Below, one piece after another: positions 41,501-49,206 of a stretch of 64,000 bases of DNA. The notes beneath the pieces were generated by a model, which worked only from the letters and a program-made list of their open reading frames with translations, was not told the origin of the DNA and did no database searches. The position numbers and the translations under genes are program-made. Numbering within the stretch: the first letter of the stretch is position 1; the number at the start of each line of letters is the position of its first letter. Where the stretch lies: NCBI GenBank assembly GCA_963205185.1, contig CAUJHZ010000025.1, positions 74,874 to 138,873 of the forward strand. Reading direction: 5' to 3'. Origin of the DNA: Planctomycetota bacterium (lineage in GTDB: Bacteria; Planctomycetota; Phycisphaerae; Phycisphaerales; UBA5793).

Positions 41501-42075
41501 CCATCCGGACTGACGACGGGGTATTCGCCGAAGGCGCCGTGAATCCGAACGAGATCGCCGCCCTCTACGGAGATCATGTACGGCCGGGCCGCGCGGTACA
41601 CGTCCCCCTCGAGGCGAGCCCAGCCGGTGAGCACCTCGCTGCCGTCGGACCCGAGGCCATAGCCCGAGAGCAAGCACGTCTGGTCGATGCGGGTCACCTG
41701 CCGCACATCGGTGCCGTCGCGGTTCATCGTGAAGATGTTGTTGCCGCCGGCCCGGGTGGAGTTGAACGCGATGCGCCGGCCATCGCGGCTCCACGCCGAA
41801 AGCCACTCGTCGGCAGGATGGGCGGTAAGGCGCGAGGCGTGGCCCCCGTTGCTCGAAACGCTCCAGAGATCGCCTCGCCAGGAAAAGACAATGGTTGAGC
41901 CGTCGGGGCTGATGGCCGGAAATCGAGGCAGATCGACATTGCCTGCGGCGGGTTGCGCGGCGGGCTGTCCCATCTCGGCCGAGGCAGCGACGCCGGTGGT
42001 CGATTCTGCCGAAGCGCAGCCGAACAGTCCGGGGCCGAGAATCAGTGCGAGAACGGCGAAGATCGGGCGCGGCAT
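38554..42075 (-). CDS. Tricorn-type protease homolog (S41 peptidase with TolB-like propellers and PDZ), lipoprotein
   Basis: 1173 aa. Lipobox LGPGLFGCA, repeated P(D/A)GxxI(A/V)F propeller motifs, a PDZ-like region (GDVYRVTDIVALGPA...GDLITAIDL) and an S41 core (LIIDVRNNGGG ... LCNEKSFSNAEI). Confidence 0.85.
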   Translation of the reverse strand: MPRPIFAVLALILGPGLFGCASAESTTGVAASAEMGQPAAQPAAGNVDLPRFPAISPDGSTIVFSWRGDLWSVSSNGGHASRLTAHPADEWLSAWSRDGRRIAFNSTRAGGNNIFTMNRDGTDVRQVTRIDQTCLLSGYGLGSDGSEVLTGWARLEGDVYRAARPYMISVEGGDLVRIHGAFGEYPVVSPDGSKVLFTRGGSSWSRRHYMGPDDRDVWLYNRGDDSFQQLTQWEGNDGRARWVDDSTIIYMSDRQGGVVNLYRMDLQRGEQAAVKLTNFEENDVQEFDVSVDGNTAVLSVWDTLYTIDLGRQSARPAPLTITANEDERDNFEIHPIDREVSEAALSPDGQVMAFVAYGEVYLRNVEDKSPTQRITDSHAREKNIAWSPDGVRLYFTSDEDGTDSIYMATVDLTRGEVVEAFKKATQPPEAESVEEPAAQEPADADEPAAEVAPESEPPDAPQAEPAPPEAEQPAEGEKENGEKAKDDKEEEKVPPQFDPKRWHDAVRFTITPVVATIEHNDRQPIPSPDGRSLLFRRGRGDLMLRDLFTGEDRLIAAGWDTGIEARWSYDSRYIAYQQEDMDFNADVWIVPADSSAPAANVTRHPDNDYSPRWSADGRILSFVSERLNEEMDVWMVYLDEDVESYTPKELQNYYDDAAKEAKKRKPVKPVRFDQPAPEVKPSEANPLDLEDAYLRVRRVTTMSGSEGNLEMTPAGDYYVFSGRTDESGLYSVKWDGSELKRITGLSSVQHLNTAGDKIVIVSGGRGATIPVAGGKTETIDIDHTMRIDLQAQASQKFLEAARILGEMFYHPTMKGLDWPALTDKYHALARQTRTADEFNDVAARFIGELNGSHLGIYARGESSSNSQPMGRLGIDAVREGDVYRVTDIVALGPAATGQMKLEVGDLITAIDLKAFEPADTIESRLTGRIGQESILSIVRTNEDGTTTPLDVLLTPISGGAERGLRYDDWRMRNARKVEEWSDGQIGYIHIEGMNQPSLDIFERDLYAAAHEKKALIIDVRNNGGGWTTDRLLASIAYPQHAYTIPRGADPSDTGHYPQDRLFIQRYNLPINMLCNEKSFSNAEIISHAFKTIGRGKLVGQETYGGVISTGGTNLIDGTLVRLPFRGWYLMDGTDMENHGAVPDILVPQTPEAESANEDEQLRAAVDDLLERID

Positions 42076-42212
42076 GAACTACTCCTTTGATCGGCGTCGT
42101 TGCAAGAGTCGAGTGCAAAAGCCCAATGGGTCGATCAGCGGCCCGGCCTCGTGGAGAGCCGGGTTGCCGCTTATACTACCGCCGCCGGACGAGGCTGCCG
42201 CCCGAGTGAGAA

Positions 42213-44048
42213 GTGAGTCTCGCCGATCGCCGGTTCGAGGATGCCGTGTCTCACGCGCCTGCCGATCTCAGTCCGTTTCGCCTGTCGCTTGAGCAGCGGG
42301 GCCCGCTGCTGCGCGGCATTCGTCCGGCGATCGAAGCGGCGCTGCGCTTCCCGGCGATGAATCGCATTTACCGCGAGATCCATTCAAAGTGCGATGACCG
42401 GCACTTCAGCGACCGCACACTTGATGCGCTCGAAGTCGAGCTGCAATTCACCATCGGCGATCTGAGCCGCATCCCCGCCACCGGCCCGGTGGTGCTCATC
42501 GCCAATCACCCCATCGGCGGCATCGACGGACTGGCCATGCTGGCCATCATGCGGCGCATCCGGCTCGACTCGCGCATGATCGGCAACTACATGATGTCGA
42601 TCATTCCCGATCTCCGCGAGATCTACCTTTTCGTCGATCCCTTCGGCGGCGAGGCGGCAGTGCGCCGCAACCTCGCCACCATGCGCCAGGCGATGCAGTG
42701 GCTGCGCGACGGGCACATGCTCGCGTCGTTTCCCTCCGGCGAGGTGGCGTCGTTCCAGCTCCGCCAGCGCCGCATCGTCGAGCCGCAGTGGAGTGATTCG
42801 ATCGCCCGGATGATCCTCAAGACCGGCGCGCCGGTTGTGCCGATCCACTTTGAGGGACGCAACAGTACGCTGTTTCACGCCGCAGGCGTCGTGCATCCGC
42901 GGCTGCGAACGCTGATGCTGCCCACCGAGATGCTCCGGCGCCGCGGGAGGGCCCTGCAGGTGCGCATCGGCAAACTCATCCCCTTCGAGCAGATCAGTCG
43001 GCACGGCAGCCCTGAATCGATCACCGAATACCTCCGTCTGCGCGTCGGACTGCTCGGCGAGCAGGAGGCAAAGCCAGCCGCGCCGCCGGAAGCCGGCCGG
43101 CCCGCCGCGGCAACGTGTGAGCCGATCGTCGAGCCGGCGCCGCCTGAGCGGCTCGCCGAAGAAGTCGCGCGGCTGAGCGGCGAGTACGAACTCGTGTCGC
43201 AGCCCCCCCTGCGCGTCTACTGCGCGCCCGCTGAGAAGATCCCCCACTGCCTCCAGGAGATCGGACGGCTGCGCGAGATCGCCTTCCGCGCCGTCGGCGA
43301 GGGGACGGGGCGCCCCACCGACCTCGACCATTTTGACCGTCATTACCTGCATCTCTTCGTCTGGGATTCGGCGCGCAACCGAATCCTCGGGGCCTATCGC
43401 GTCGGCCTGACGGACCGGATCGTTCCCGCCCTCGGCATCGAGGGTTTGTACACGCACACGCTCTTTCGTTTTGGCCGGCGCCTGCTCGATCAGATCGACC
43501 CGTGCGTCGAACTCGGCCGCTCGTTCATCCATCCCGAGGCGCAGCGGGCGACGGCGCCGCTCATGCTGCTCTGGAAGGGAATCGGTCAGTTCCTCATTCG
43601 CAACCCGCGCTACACCGGGTTGATCGGGCCGGTGAGCATCAGCGCCGAATACTCGACGATGTCGCGGCTGCTGCTCATGGCGTTTCTGCGCATGCACAAA
43701 TATCTGCCGCAACTGGGCGAACTCATCAAGCCGCGCAATCCGCCCCGCCGCATGCCGCCGCGCGAATGGGAGACGCAGCGCATGAGCACCGTCGTGAGCG
43801 ATCTCGACGAAGTCGATTCACTCGTGCGCGAACTTGAGGCAGACGGCAAGCCCATGCCGGTACTGCTGCGGCAGTACCTCGGACTCAATGCGGCGCTGTT
43901 GGGGTTCAACGTCGATCCGCAGTTCGGCAACGTCATCGACGGGCTCATGTTCGTGGATGTGCTCAAGATCGATCGGCGCATCATGCGCCGCTTCATGGGC
44001 GTCGAAGGCATGGAGCGCTATCTCGGCGCCCAGGCGGCGCTGGTATGA
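42213..44048 (+). CDS. Bifunctional acyltransferase: N-terminal PlsC-type O-acyltransferase plus C-terminal GNAT/OlsB-type N-acyltransferase (OlsF-like aminolipid synthase)
   Basis: 611 aa with a GTG start. The N-terminal half has VVLIANHPIGGIDGLA, FPSGEV and PVVPIHFEG (lysophospholipid acyltransferase blocks). The C-terminal half has LREIAFRAVGEGTG...DHFDRHYLHLFVWD (OlsB/hemolysin-like GNAT). Confidence 0.75.
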   Translation: MSLADRRFEDAVSHAPADLSPFRLSLEQRGPLLRGIRPAIEAALRFPAMNRIYREIHSKCDDRHFSDRTLDALEVELQFTIGDLSRIPATGPVVLIANHPIGGIDGLAMLAIMRRIRLDSRMIGNYMMSIIPDLREIYLFVDPFGGEAAVRRNLATMRQAMQWLRDGHMLASFPSGEVASFQLRQRRIVEPQWSDSIARMILKTGAPVVPIHFEGRNSTLFHAAGVVHPRLRTLMLPTEMLRRRGRALQVRIGKLIPFEQISRHGSPESITEYLRLRVGLLGEQEAKPAAPPEAGRPAAATCEPIVEPAPPERLAEEVARLSGEYELVSQPPLRVYCAPAEKIPHCLQEIGRLREIAFRAVGEGTGRPTDLDHFDRHYLHLFVWDSARNRILGAYRVGLTDRIVPALGIEGLYTHTLFRFGRRLLDQIDPCVELGRSFIHPEAQRATAPLMLLWKGIGQFLIRNPRYTGLIGPVSISAEYSTMSRLLLMAFLRMHKYLPQLGELIKPRNPPRRMPPREWETQRMSTVVSDLDEVDSLVRELEADGKPMPVLLRQYLGLNAALLGFNVDPQFGNVIDGLMFVDVLKIDRRIMRRFMGVEGMERYLGAQAALV

Positions 44049-44057
44049 AAACGGCGT

Positions 44058-46682
44058 TCAATCCGCCAGAGCATCGACGCGCCGGTCCACGCGGTGCGAC
44101 CGAATAGCGCGCACGAGGGTTCGCAGCGGCGTGACGGCCGCACCGGACCGCGCATTGCGGCTGCCGATGTCATACGCGAGAGCCCACTGCCTCGCCAGCG
44201 TGCGCCAGGCAAACAGCAAGGAGTGCTGCGGGTCGTAAATGTTCGACGATTCGGAGAGCACGCCGTTGAGTTCGACGATCCGAAAGCCGCTGCCGGCGTG
44301 GAAGGACTCGACATCGCTGTAGCGCACGTCGAACCGGCCGAAGTAATAGCCGTCGAACGATTGAGCGATCCCGTCGATGGCGGATTCAAGTTCTGGCGAC
44401 CAGAGGTGCTTGCCCTCGCGGAACATCGTGCCCTGGCAGTGATTGCCCGAGACGGCCAGCGTCATCCGTTCTCCCGCGGCCAGCACGCGATCAATCTGCT
44501 CGTCATGGCGGTGCAGAAAGGTCCACGCCTGCATGCGGTAGCGGCGGTGCGCCCAGATGAGGTCCTCAAAGGTGGACGTTCCGTTGCCGATGAGGACAGG
44601 GAATTGCTTGTCTGTGATGGAAAAGATGCGGCCGCGCGCCTCGCCAGGCAATCGGTAGTAGAAGATGCCTGCCTCAAGCGGGCCGGGGTCATAGGTCTGC
44701 ACGAGCACATCGCCGCCGAACTTGGCAAAGTATGCCTGCGCCTGGTCCCAGTTGCGCACCAGTTTCAGCCCCTGTCCCCGCTCGCCGACATCGGGTTTCA
44801 GCACGAGGGGGAACGACCAGCCGCGCTCTTCGAGAATTTCACGGAGTGCGATCGTCCGATCGGGCTGGCTGGCGGCCACGAGCGCGCTGGGCACGATGCG
44901 ATCAGGCGGCAGCCCGGAGAGAATCGCGTATTTCGATTCGCCGACGACGCCGCCGTGAGGAATGCCCGGGTTGGCGGCGGTGAACGCCATGAGGCTGCGC
45001 CGGCGGATCGCCTGCCAGGCAACGACCGGCACCAGGGGCGCATAGAAGACGCTCACCGGCCAGAACTCCCAGCGCCAGAGTCGCGACACCTGAACGATGA
45101 GGCGCTGCCTGCCGCGCCGACTGGTCATCATGGCAAATGTCCGCAGCACGAGCAGGAGCAGCAGCACGACCACGACAATGGCGATCCACCCATCGCCCAG
45201 AATGCGCTGAACGGTGGAGGTCGTGCTCTTGCCGAAGAACACGACGATCGAGATGATGACGGGCGTCCAAATCGCCACGGCGCCGAGTGTCCAGAGTGCA
45301 AAGCGGCGGCGCTTCGTGCCCAGTACGCCTGCGGCGACGTAGAGCGGCACGCGCGTGCCCGGCACAAAGCGGCTGGCAAGCACGGCCGACCAGCCGTGCT
45401 TGTCAAACCAGCGAGTCAGCACGTCGATGTGGTGCGCCGGCAGCCGCCGCGCAATGGGCCGCCAGCGCAGCGCCGGCCTGCCGACAATCGCCCCGATCAG
45501 GTAGAGTCCGAGATCGCCGATGAAGATCCCCAGGAAGATCGCCAGCACGCCCACGAATGGATCGAGCTGTCCGTCGCGGATGAGTAGTCCCACCCCCACC
45601 GATGTCGGGTCTTCGAGGATGAACGTGCCCACGATGATGGCTCCCATCGCAGCCCATGGTCCCATGTCGCGGCTGAGATTCAGTTCGACGGGAAGAATCG
45701 CCTTTTCTCGCTCGCCACCTGAGTAATCGACGGTGCGGCGCGCCGGCGCCACGTCCGGGTCGGAGGCGCGCTGGATGAACGGGATGATTTCATCGGCCAG
45801 TTGTCGCGACTTGGCCTTGCTGAAGACCATGAAGTGCGAATCATCGAACATGACCAGCTCGCTCTGCGACACGAGCCCGTGGTGCTGTTCGGCGATCCAC
45901 GCGGGGACGAGCGGGTCGTTCCGGCCGTGCAGAATGAGCAGCGGCTCGCGCCAGCGCTCAAGCACGCCGCGCAAGGGCCGAAAGTCGGTGTCGAGGAAGT
46001 TGCGCATGAACGCATGGCGCGAAGCGCGCGGCCCGAGCAGGCCGAAGTGCGGCACGAATTCGGGCGCGACGACAAGCAGTCCATAGCCAAGACAGTTCTT
46101 GAGATACTCGAAGGTCGGATCACCCGACCCTTCGCCCTCGGCGATGCCCACACCGCCGTAGAAGATGAGACTGCTCACGCGCTGCGGCGCGAGTTCCACC
46201 ATGCGCAGCGCCACCCCGCTGCCCATCGAGTAGCCGAGTATGTGCGCGCTCTCGACGCCGAGCGAATCGAGCAGCGCCAGCACATAGCGTGCATGAGCTT
46301 CGTGGCTGTAGTCCGGAACCAGGCGCGTCGAGGCGCCGAATCCGGGCAGATCGACCGTGATCACGCGGAAGTGCTCAGCGAGCATCGGCGCCAGCAGGTG
46401 GAAGTTGTCGCCAGAGCCCGGGCTGCCGTGGATCAACACCACCGTTTCGCCCTGCCCCTGCAGGCGGTAGGCCAGCGTCACGTTCCTGTCTTCAAGCAGG
46501 CGGCCGTTTCGCACCGCAGGGACCACGGCACGGATCTGATCGGGCCCCGGCGCCAGGCGGCCGGTCAAGAAGAGTTGAACCACGTGCGAGAGCACGAGCA
46601 GCAGCAGCCACCATTGCCACCACCGCCGGGCAGCAAATCGGCGCCGCGCGCGCCGTGCAGTCTGCCCGCCGGATGCAGTCAT
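44058..46682 (-). CDS. Tri-domain membrane protein: alpha/beta-hydrolase + DedA/VTT membrane domain + ATP-grasp ligase domain
   Basis: 874 aa. The hydrolase part has VVLIHGSPGSG, GYSMGSG and FDDSHF. The DedA-like part has FILEDPTSVGVGLL...RFVPGTRVPLYVAAG. The ATP-grasp-like part has PLVLKPDVGERGQGLKLV and FRIVELNG. The ATG shares 1 nt with the NRDE gene stop (TGATG). Confidence 0.75.
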   Translation of the reverse strand: MTASGGQTARRARRRFAARRWWQWWLLLLVLSHVVQLFLTGRLAPGPDQIRAVVPAVRNGRLLEDRNVTLAYRLQGQGETVVLIHGSPGSGDNFHLLAPMLAEHFRVITVDLPGFGASTRLVPDYSHEAHARYVLALLDSLGVESAHILGYSMGSGVALRMVELAPQRVSSLIFYGGVGIAEGEGSGDPTFEYLKNCLGYGLLVVAPEFVPHFGLLGPRASRHAFMRNFLDTDFRPLRGVLERWREPLLILHGRNDPLVPAWIAEQHHGLVSQSELVMFDDSHFMVFSKAKSRQLADEIIPFIQRASDPDVAPARRTVDYSGGEREKAILPVELNLSRDMGPWAAMGAIIVGTFILEDPTSVGVGLLIRDGQLDPFVGVLAIFLGIFIGDLGLYLIGAIVGRPALRWRPIARRLPAHHIDVLTRWFDKHGWSAVLASRFVPGTRVPLYVAAGVLGTKRRRFALWTLGAVAIWTPVIISIVVFFGKSTTSTVQRILGDGWIAIVVVVLLLLLVLRTFAMMTSRRGRQRLIVQVSRLWRWEFWPVSVFYAPLVPVVAWQAIRRRSLMAFTAANPGIPHGGVVGESKYAILSGLPPDRIVPSALVAASQPDRTIALREILEERGWSFPLVLKPDVGERGQGLKLVRNWDQAQAYFAKFGGDVLVQTYDPGPLEAGIFYYRLPGEARGRIFSITDKQFPVLIGNGTSTFEDLIWAHRRYRMQAWTFLHRHDEQIDRVLAAGERMTLAVSGNHCQGTMFREGKHLWSPELESAIDGIAQSFDGYYFGRFDVRYSDVESFHAGSGFRIVELNGVLSESSNIYDPQHSLLFAWRTLARQWALAYDIGSRNARSGAAVTPLRTLVRAIRSHRVDRRVDALAD

Positions 46683-47440
46683 CAGCGCCGCGCTCCGCTG
46701 CGGGGCAGTTCGAGCGCCACCGGCTCGCCTCGCTCACTTGGTGGATCGCCCCAGTAGGACATTCGCACCTGCGCGGCGCACGTTTCAACGATCGTGAGGC
46801 TGACGGTCCGAGCGTCGGCGCGGCTCATGCACACGCTCAGATGCGGCTCATCGGGCCAGTGGTGCCGATGAAAGTCAACCTGCCGCTCGATCCACTCCGC
46901 GGGCTGGTCTCCGAACCATCCATCGAAGAGCCGGCGCCGCGGCCCCTCCACGATCGCATCACCCAGGCCCGAGGAAGTGAACATGACCGGCTGCGCATCC
47001 AGCGCCTGTTCGCAGAGCGCGACCGGCGCATCGCTCGCCGCGGCTCGCAGCAGCGTCCGGCCGTCCGTCACCACGAGCGTAAACGGCATGTACTGTGATG
47101 CGTCGAGCGCTTCGACGAGCTTCGCGACGCCAGAGAGCGATTCGTTTTCGAGAATCTGGGGGATGATCTCTCCTCGGCTACGCCGTCCCGCCTGCGCGCG
47201 GCGAGGAGCGCGGTCATTGCGATTGAGCAGCGTTGCGACCAGCCCGGATTTATTTACGCCGACCCACGTGCCGCCCCCGAGCGGATCGACGGGCCAGATC
47301 GCAGTCTGTGATCCGGTCTGATGCAGGCGCGGAGGCAGCGCCGGCGGTCGTTGGCGCGATTCGTCACGGTTAGTCGCCAGCCGCAGCCCGATCCGCTCGC
47401 CGTCCGGGCCGACAAGCGGGATGATCGTCACCGTGCACAT
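46682..47440 (-). CDS. NRDE-family protein (TANGO2 / DUF833 homolog)
   Basis: N-terminal MCT (Cys2), the NRDE motif in LATNRDESRQRP, and GGGTWVGVNKSGLVATLLN. Confidence 0.8.
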   Translation of the reverse strand: MCTVTIIPLVGPDGERIGLRLATNRDESRQRPPALPPRLHQTGSQTAIWPVDPLGGGTWVGVNKSGLVATLLNRNDRAPRRAQAGRRSRGEIIPQILENESLSGVAKLVEALDASQYMPFTLVVTDGRTLLRAAASDAPVALCEQALDAQPVMFTSSGLGDAIVEGPRRRLFDGWFGDQPAEWIERQVDFHRHHWPDEPHLSVCMSRADARTVSLTIVETCAAQVRMSYWGDPPSERGEPVALELPRSGARR

Positions 47441-48003
47441 GGCTGGCGTTTGAGATGGGCAATGGTGCCCGGCGCGTAGCCGAAGCGCTCGGGCATTTCG
47501 ATTTCCATGATGCGCAGCATGGCGGCGACCATGGCGTTGTGATGAATCGTGTGGCTGAGTACGAACGCGCTCTCGCGCCCGAACGTGGAGGCCAGCTCCA
47601 CGGGCGGCGCATCGCTGCGGAGCATCAGCCAGGTCCGCACCGGGCGGTCAGGCGGTTCATTGAGTCGCTGGGCCAGATTCGCGTCGAGCGACTGAATCAG
47701 ATCGAGTGCGGCGGTCCGGCTGCACTCGACGGCCGTGCCGCGCTGCCGCGCCTCGTAGTCGATCTCCCCGGTTTCGAAGCCCTTGAGCAGGGCCGCGATG
47801 TGATCGAGGCTGTGGCGCATGTGCCCGCCGACGCTGCTCTGAAATGACCCGACCGGCGAGCGGACGTACTGTTCGTCGTTCATCGATTCGAGCAACGTTC
47901 GAACCTGCCCGAGGATCTCGCGAACAGGCGCAATTCCGCAGACCGAGGCGCCAGCCGGGACTGGTCGATGGGCGCGAGGAGCACACGTCGGGTTTTCGGT
48001 CAT
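47428..48003 (-). CDS. DinB-like (DinB_2 superfamily) four-helix-bundle protein
   Basis: Start at ATG 48001-48003. His-containing motifs GGHMRHSLDHI and LSHTIHHNAM. It overlaps the NRDE start by 13 nt. Confidence 0.6.
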   Translation of the reverse strand: MTENPTCAPRAHRPVPAGASVCGIAPVREILGQVRTLLESMNDEQYVRSPVGSFQSSVGGHMRHSLDHIAALLKGFETGEIDYEARQRGTAVECSRTAALDLIQSLDANLAQRLNEPPDRPVRTWLMLRSDAPPVELASTFGRESAFVLSHTIHHNAMVAAMLRIMEIEMPERFGYAPGTIAHLKRQPCAR

Positions 48004-48267
48004 GTAGACACCAATCGGTTCTGGGACGCGTTGAACTCGAAGTCGGCCAGCAGTATAAGCACCGGGGAGGAAATAACCCACTGTGCCACAGCCCCAGGCT
48101 CTTGTATTGGGGATTGGATTGCGGTGCTTGCACGATCCTGAAACGAGCCCGGATCGGGGCTCAAGCCGACCCCCGCCGTCCGGCCGGCGATGCACCGACT
48201 CTTCGCGATGCCGTGGGAACTGGCGTCGTGTGAACCGGTGGCCGCTCAGGTCTGAGCGTGAGGTGAA

Positions 48268-48341
48268 TGCAGATGGGAGGATTCGAACCCCCAACCCCCT
48301 GATCCGTAGTCAGGAGCTCTATCCAATTGAGCTACATCTGC
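48268..48341 (-). tRNA. tRNA-Arg (anticodon ACG)
   Basis: 74-nt cloverleaf folded by hand on the minus strand: acceptor GCAGATG/CATCTGC, anticodon loop CTACGGA, T-loop GGTTCGAATCC, discriminator A. Confidence 0.93.
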
Positions 48342-48405
48342 AGCGTCAGCCGCCGTTCGCTCGGCTGATTACCCAAGAATACACCGGGCCGGCGAGAGGT
48401 TCAAG

Positions 48406-49200
48406 TCAGGCGCAGGCCTCGCAAGCCGCTCGGTCGAGATACCAGCGCAGTATGCCGCCAACGGGCCTCACGCCACGAATCGGCAGGTCCTCGATCCGCG
48501 CATGCGCATTGGCGGCCAGCCTTTGGACGATCTCCTGCTTGGCCTCGCCCGTCACCATCACCGCCACGAACCTCGCGCTGTTGATCAGCGGAAGAGTCAT
48601 GGTGACGCGATCGGGCGGCACGACCGTCGGGCCGGAGTTGATGCGGATGAGCCGGCCGTCCTCGCTCAGGGCCGGGCTGTGGGGGAAGAGGCTGGCGGTG
48701 TGGCCGTCGGCGCCAAGGCCCAGCAGTACGTAATCGAGCCGGTCCTGCCCGCGTTCGCGCCACTCCAGCGCCGCCCGCAGGGCCTTGGCGTACTCGTGCT
48801 CGATGCGATCGGAGAGCGCCTCCATCGGATGCTGCTGCGATCGCGGAATGCCAGAGTGGACGCCGAAGTGGTCTTCGATCATCCGCCAGTTGCTCTTTTC
48901 ATCCGTGACGGACACGCGGCGTTCATCGACGCACCAGAGGTGGGTCTTCTTCCATGGGACGCCGCGGCAGATGGGGTCGGTCATCAGGTGGCGGTAGAAC
49001 GGCGCGGGCGTCGAGCCGCCGGACACAGCCATGTGGAAATCGCCGAACGCCCGCCAGCAGTTCAGACTGTGCGTGAGCAGGTCGCTGGACATCCGTTCGA
49101 CGAGTTCCTCGACCGTGTCGGCCACCACGACCTCGCCCGGCAGATTCGGCGCCTGGGCGGGGATCGACAGTTCGTACGCGGGTGGTCGTCGGTCGGTCAT
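48406..49200 (-). CDS. pgl: 6-phosphogluconolactonase
   Basis: FHMAVSGGSTP and VLLGLGADGHTASLFP. It lies immediately downstream of zwf. Confidence 0.88.
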   Translation of the reverse strand: MTDRRPPAYELSIPAQAPNLPGEVVVADTVEELVERMSSDLLTHSLNCWRAFGDFHMAVSGGSTPAPFYRHLMTDPICRGVPWKKTHLWCVDERRVSVTDEKSNWRMIEDHFGVHSGIPRSQQHPMEALSDRIEHEYAKALRAALEWRERGQDRLDYVLLGLGADGHTASLFPHSPALSEDGRLIRINSGPTVVPPDRVTMTLPLINSARFVAVMVTGEAKQEIVQRLAANAHARIEDLPIRGVRPVGGILRWYLDRAACEACA

Positions 49201-49206
49201 GCTGGC

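Noticed and set aside
38182-45587. Long antisense ORFs 38182..39480(+), 40519..41472(+), 42384..43712(-) and 44094..45587(+)
   Set aside because: Each is the mirror frame of a motif-rich gene (tricorn-type protease, OlsF-like, tri-domain fusion). Their composition is Arg/Gly/Asp/His-biased.
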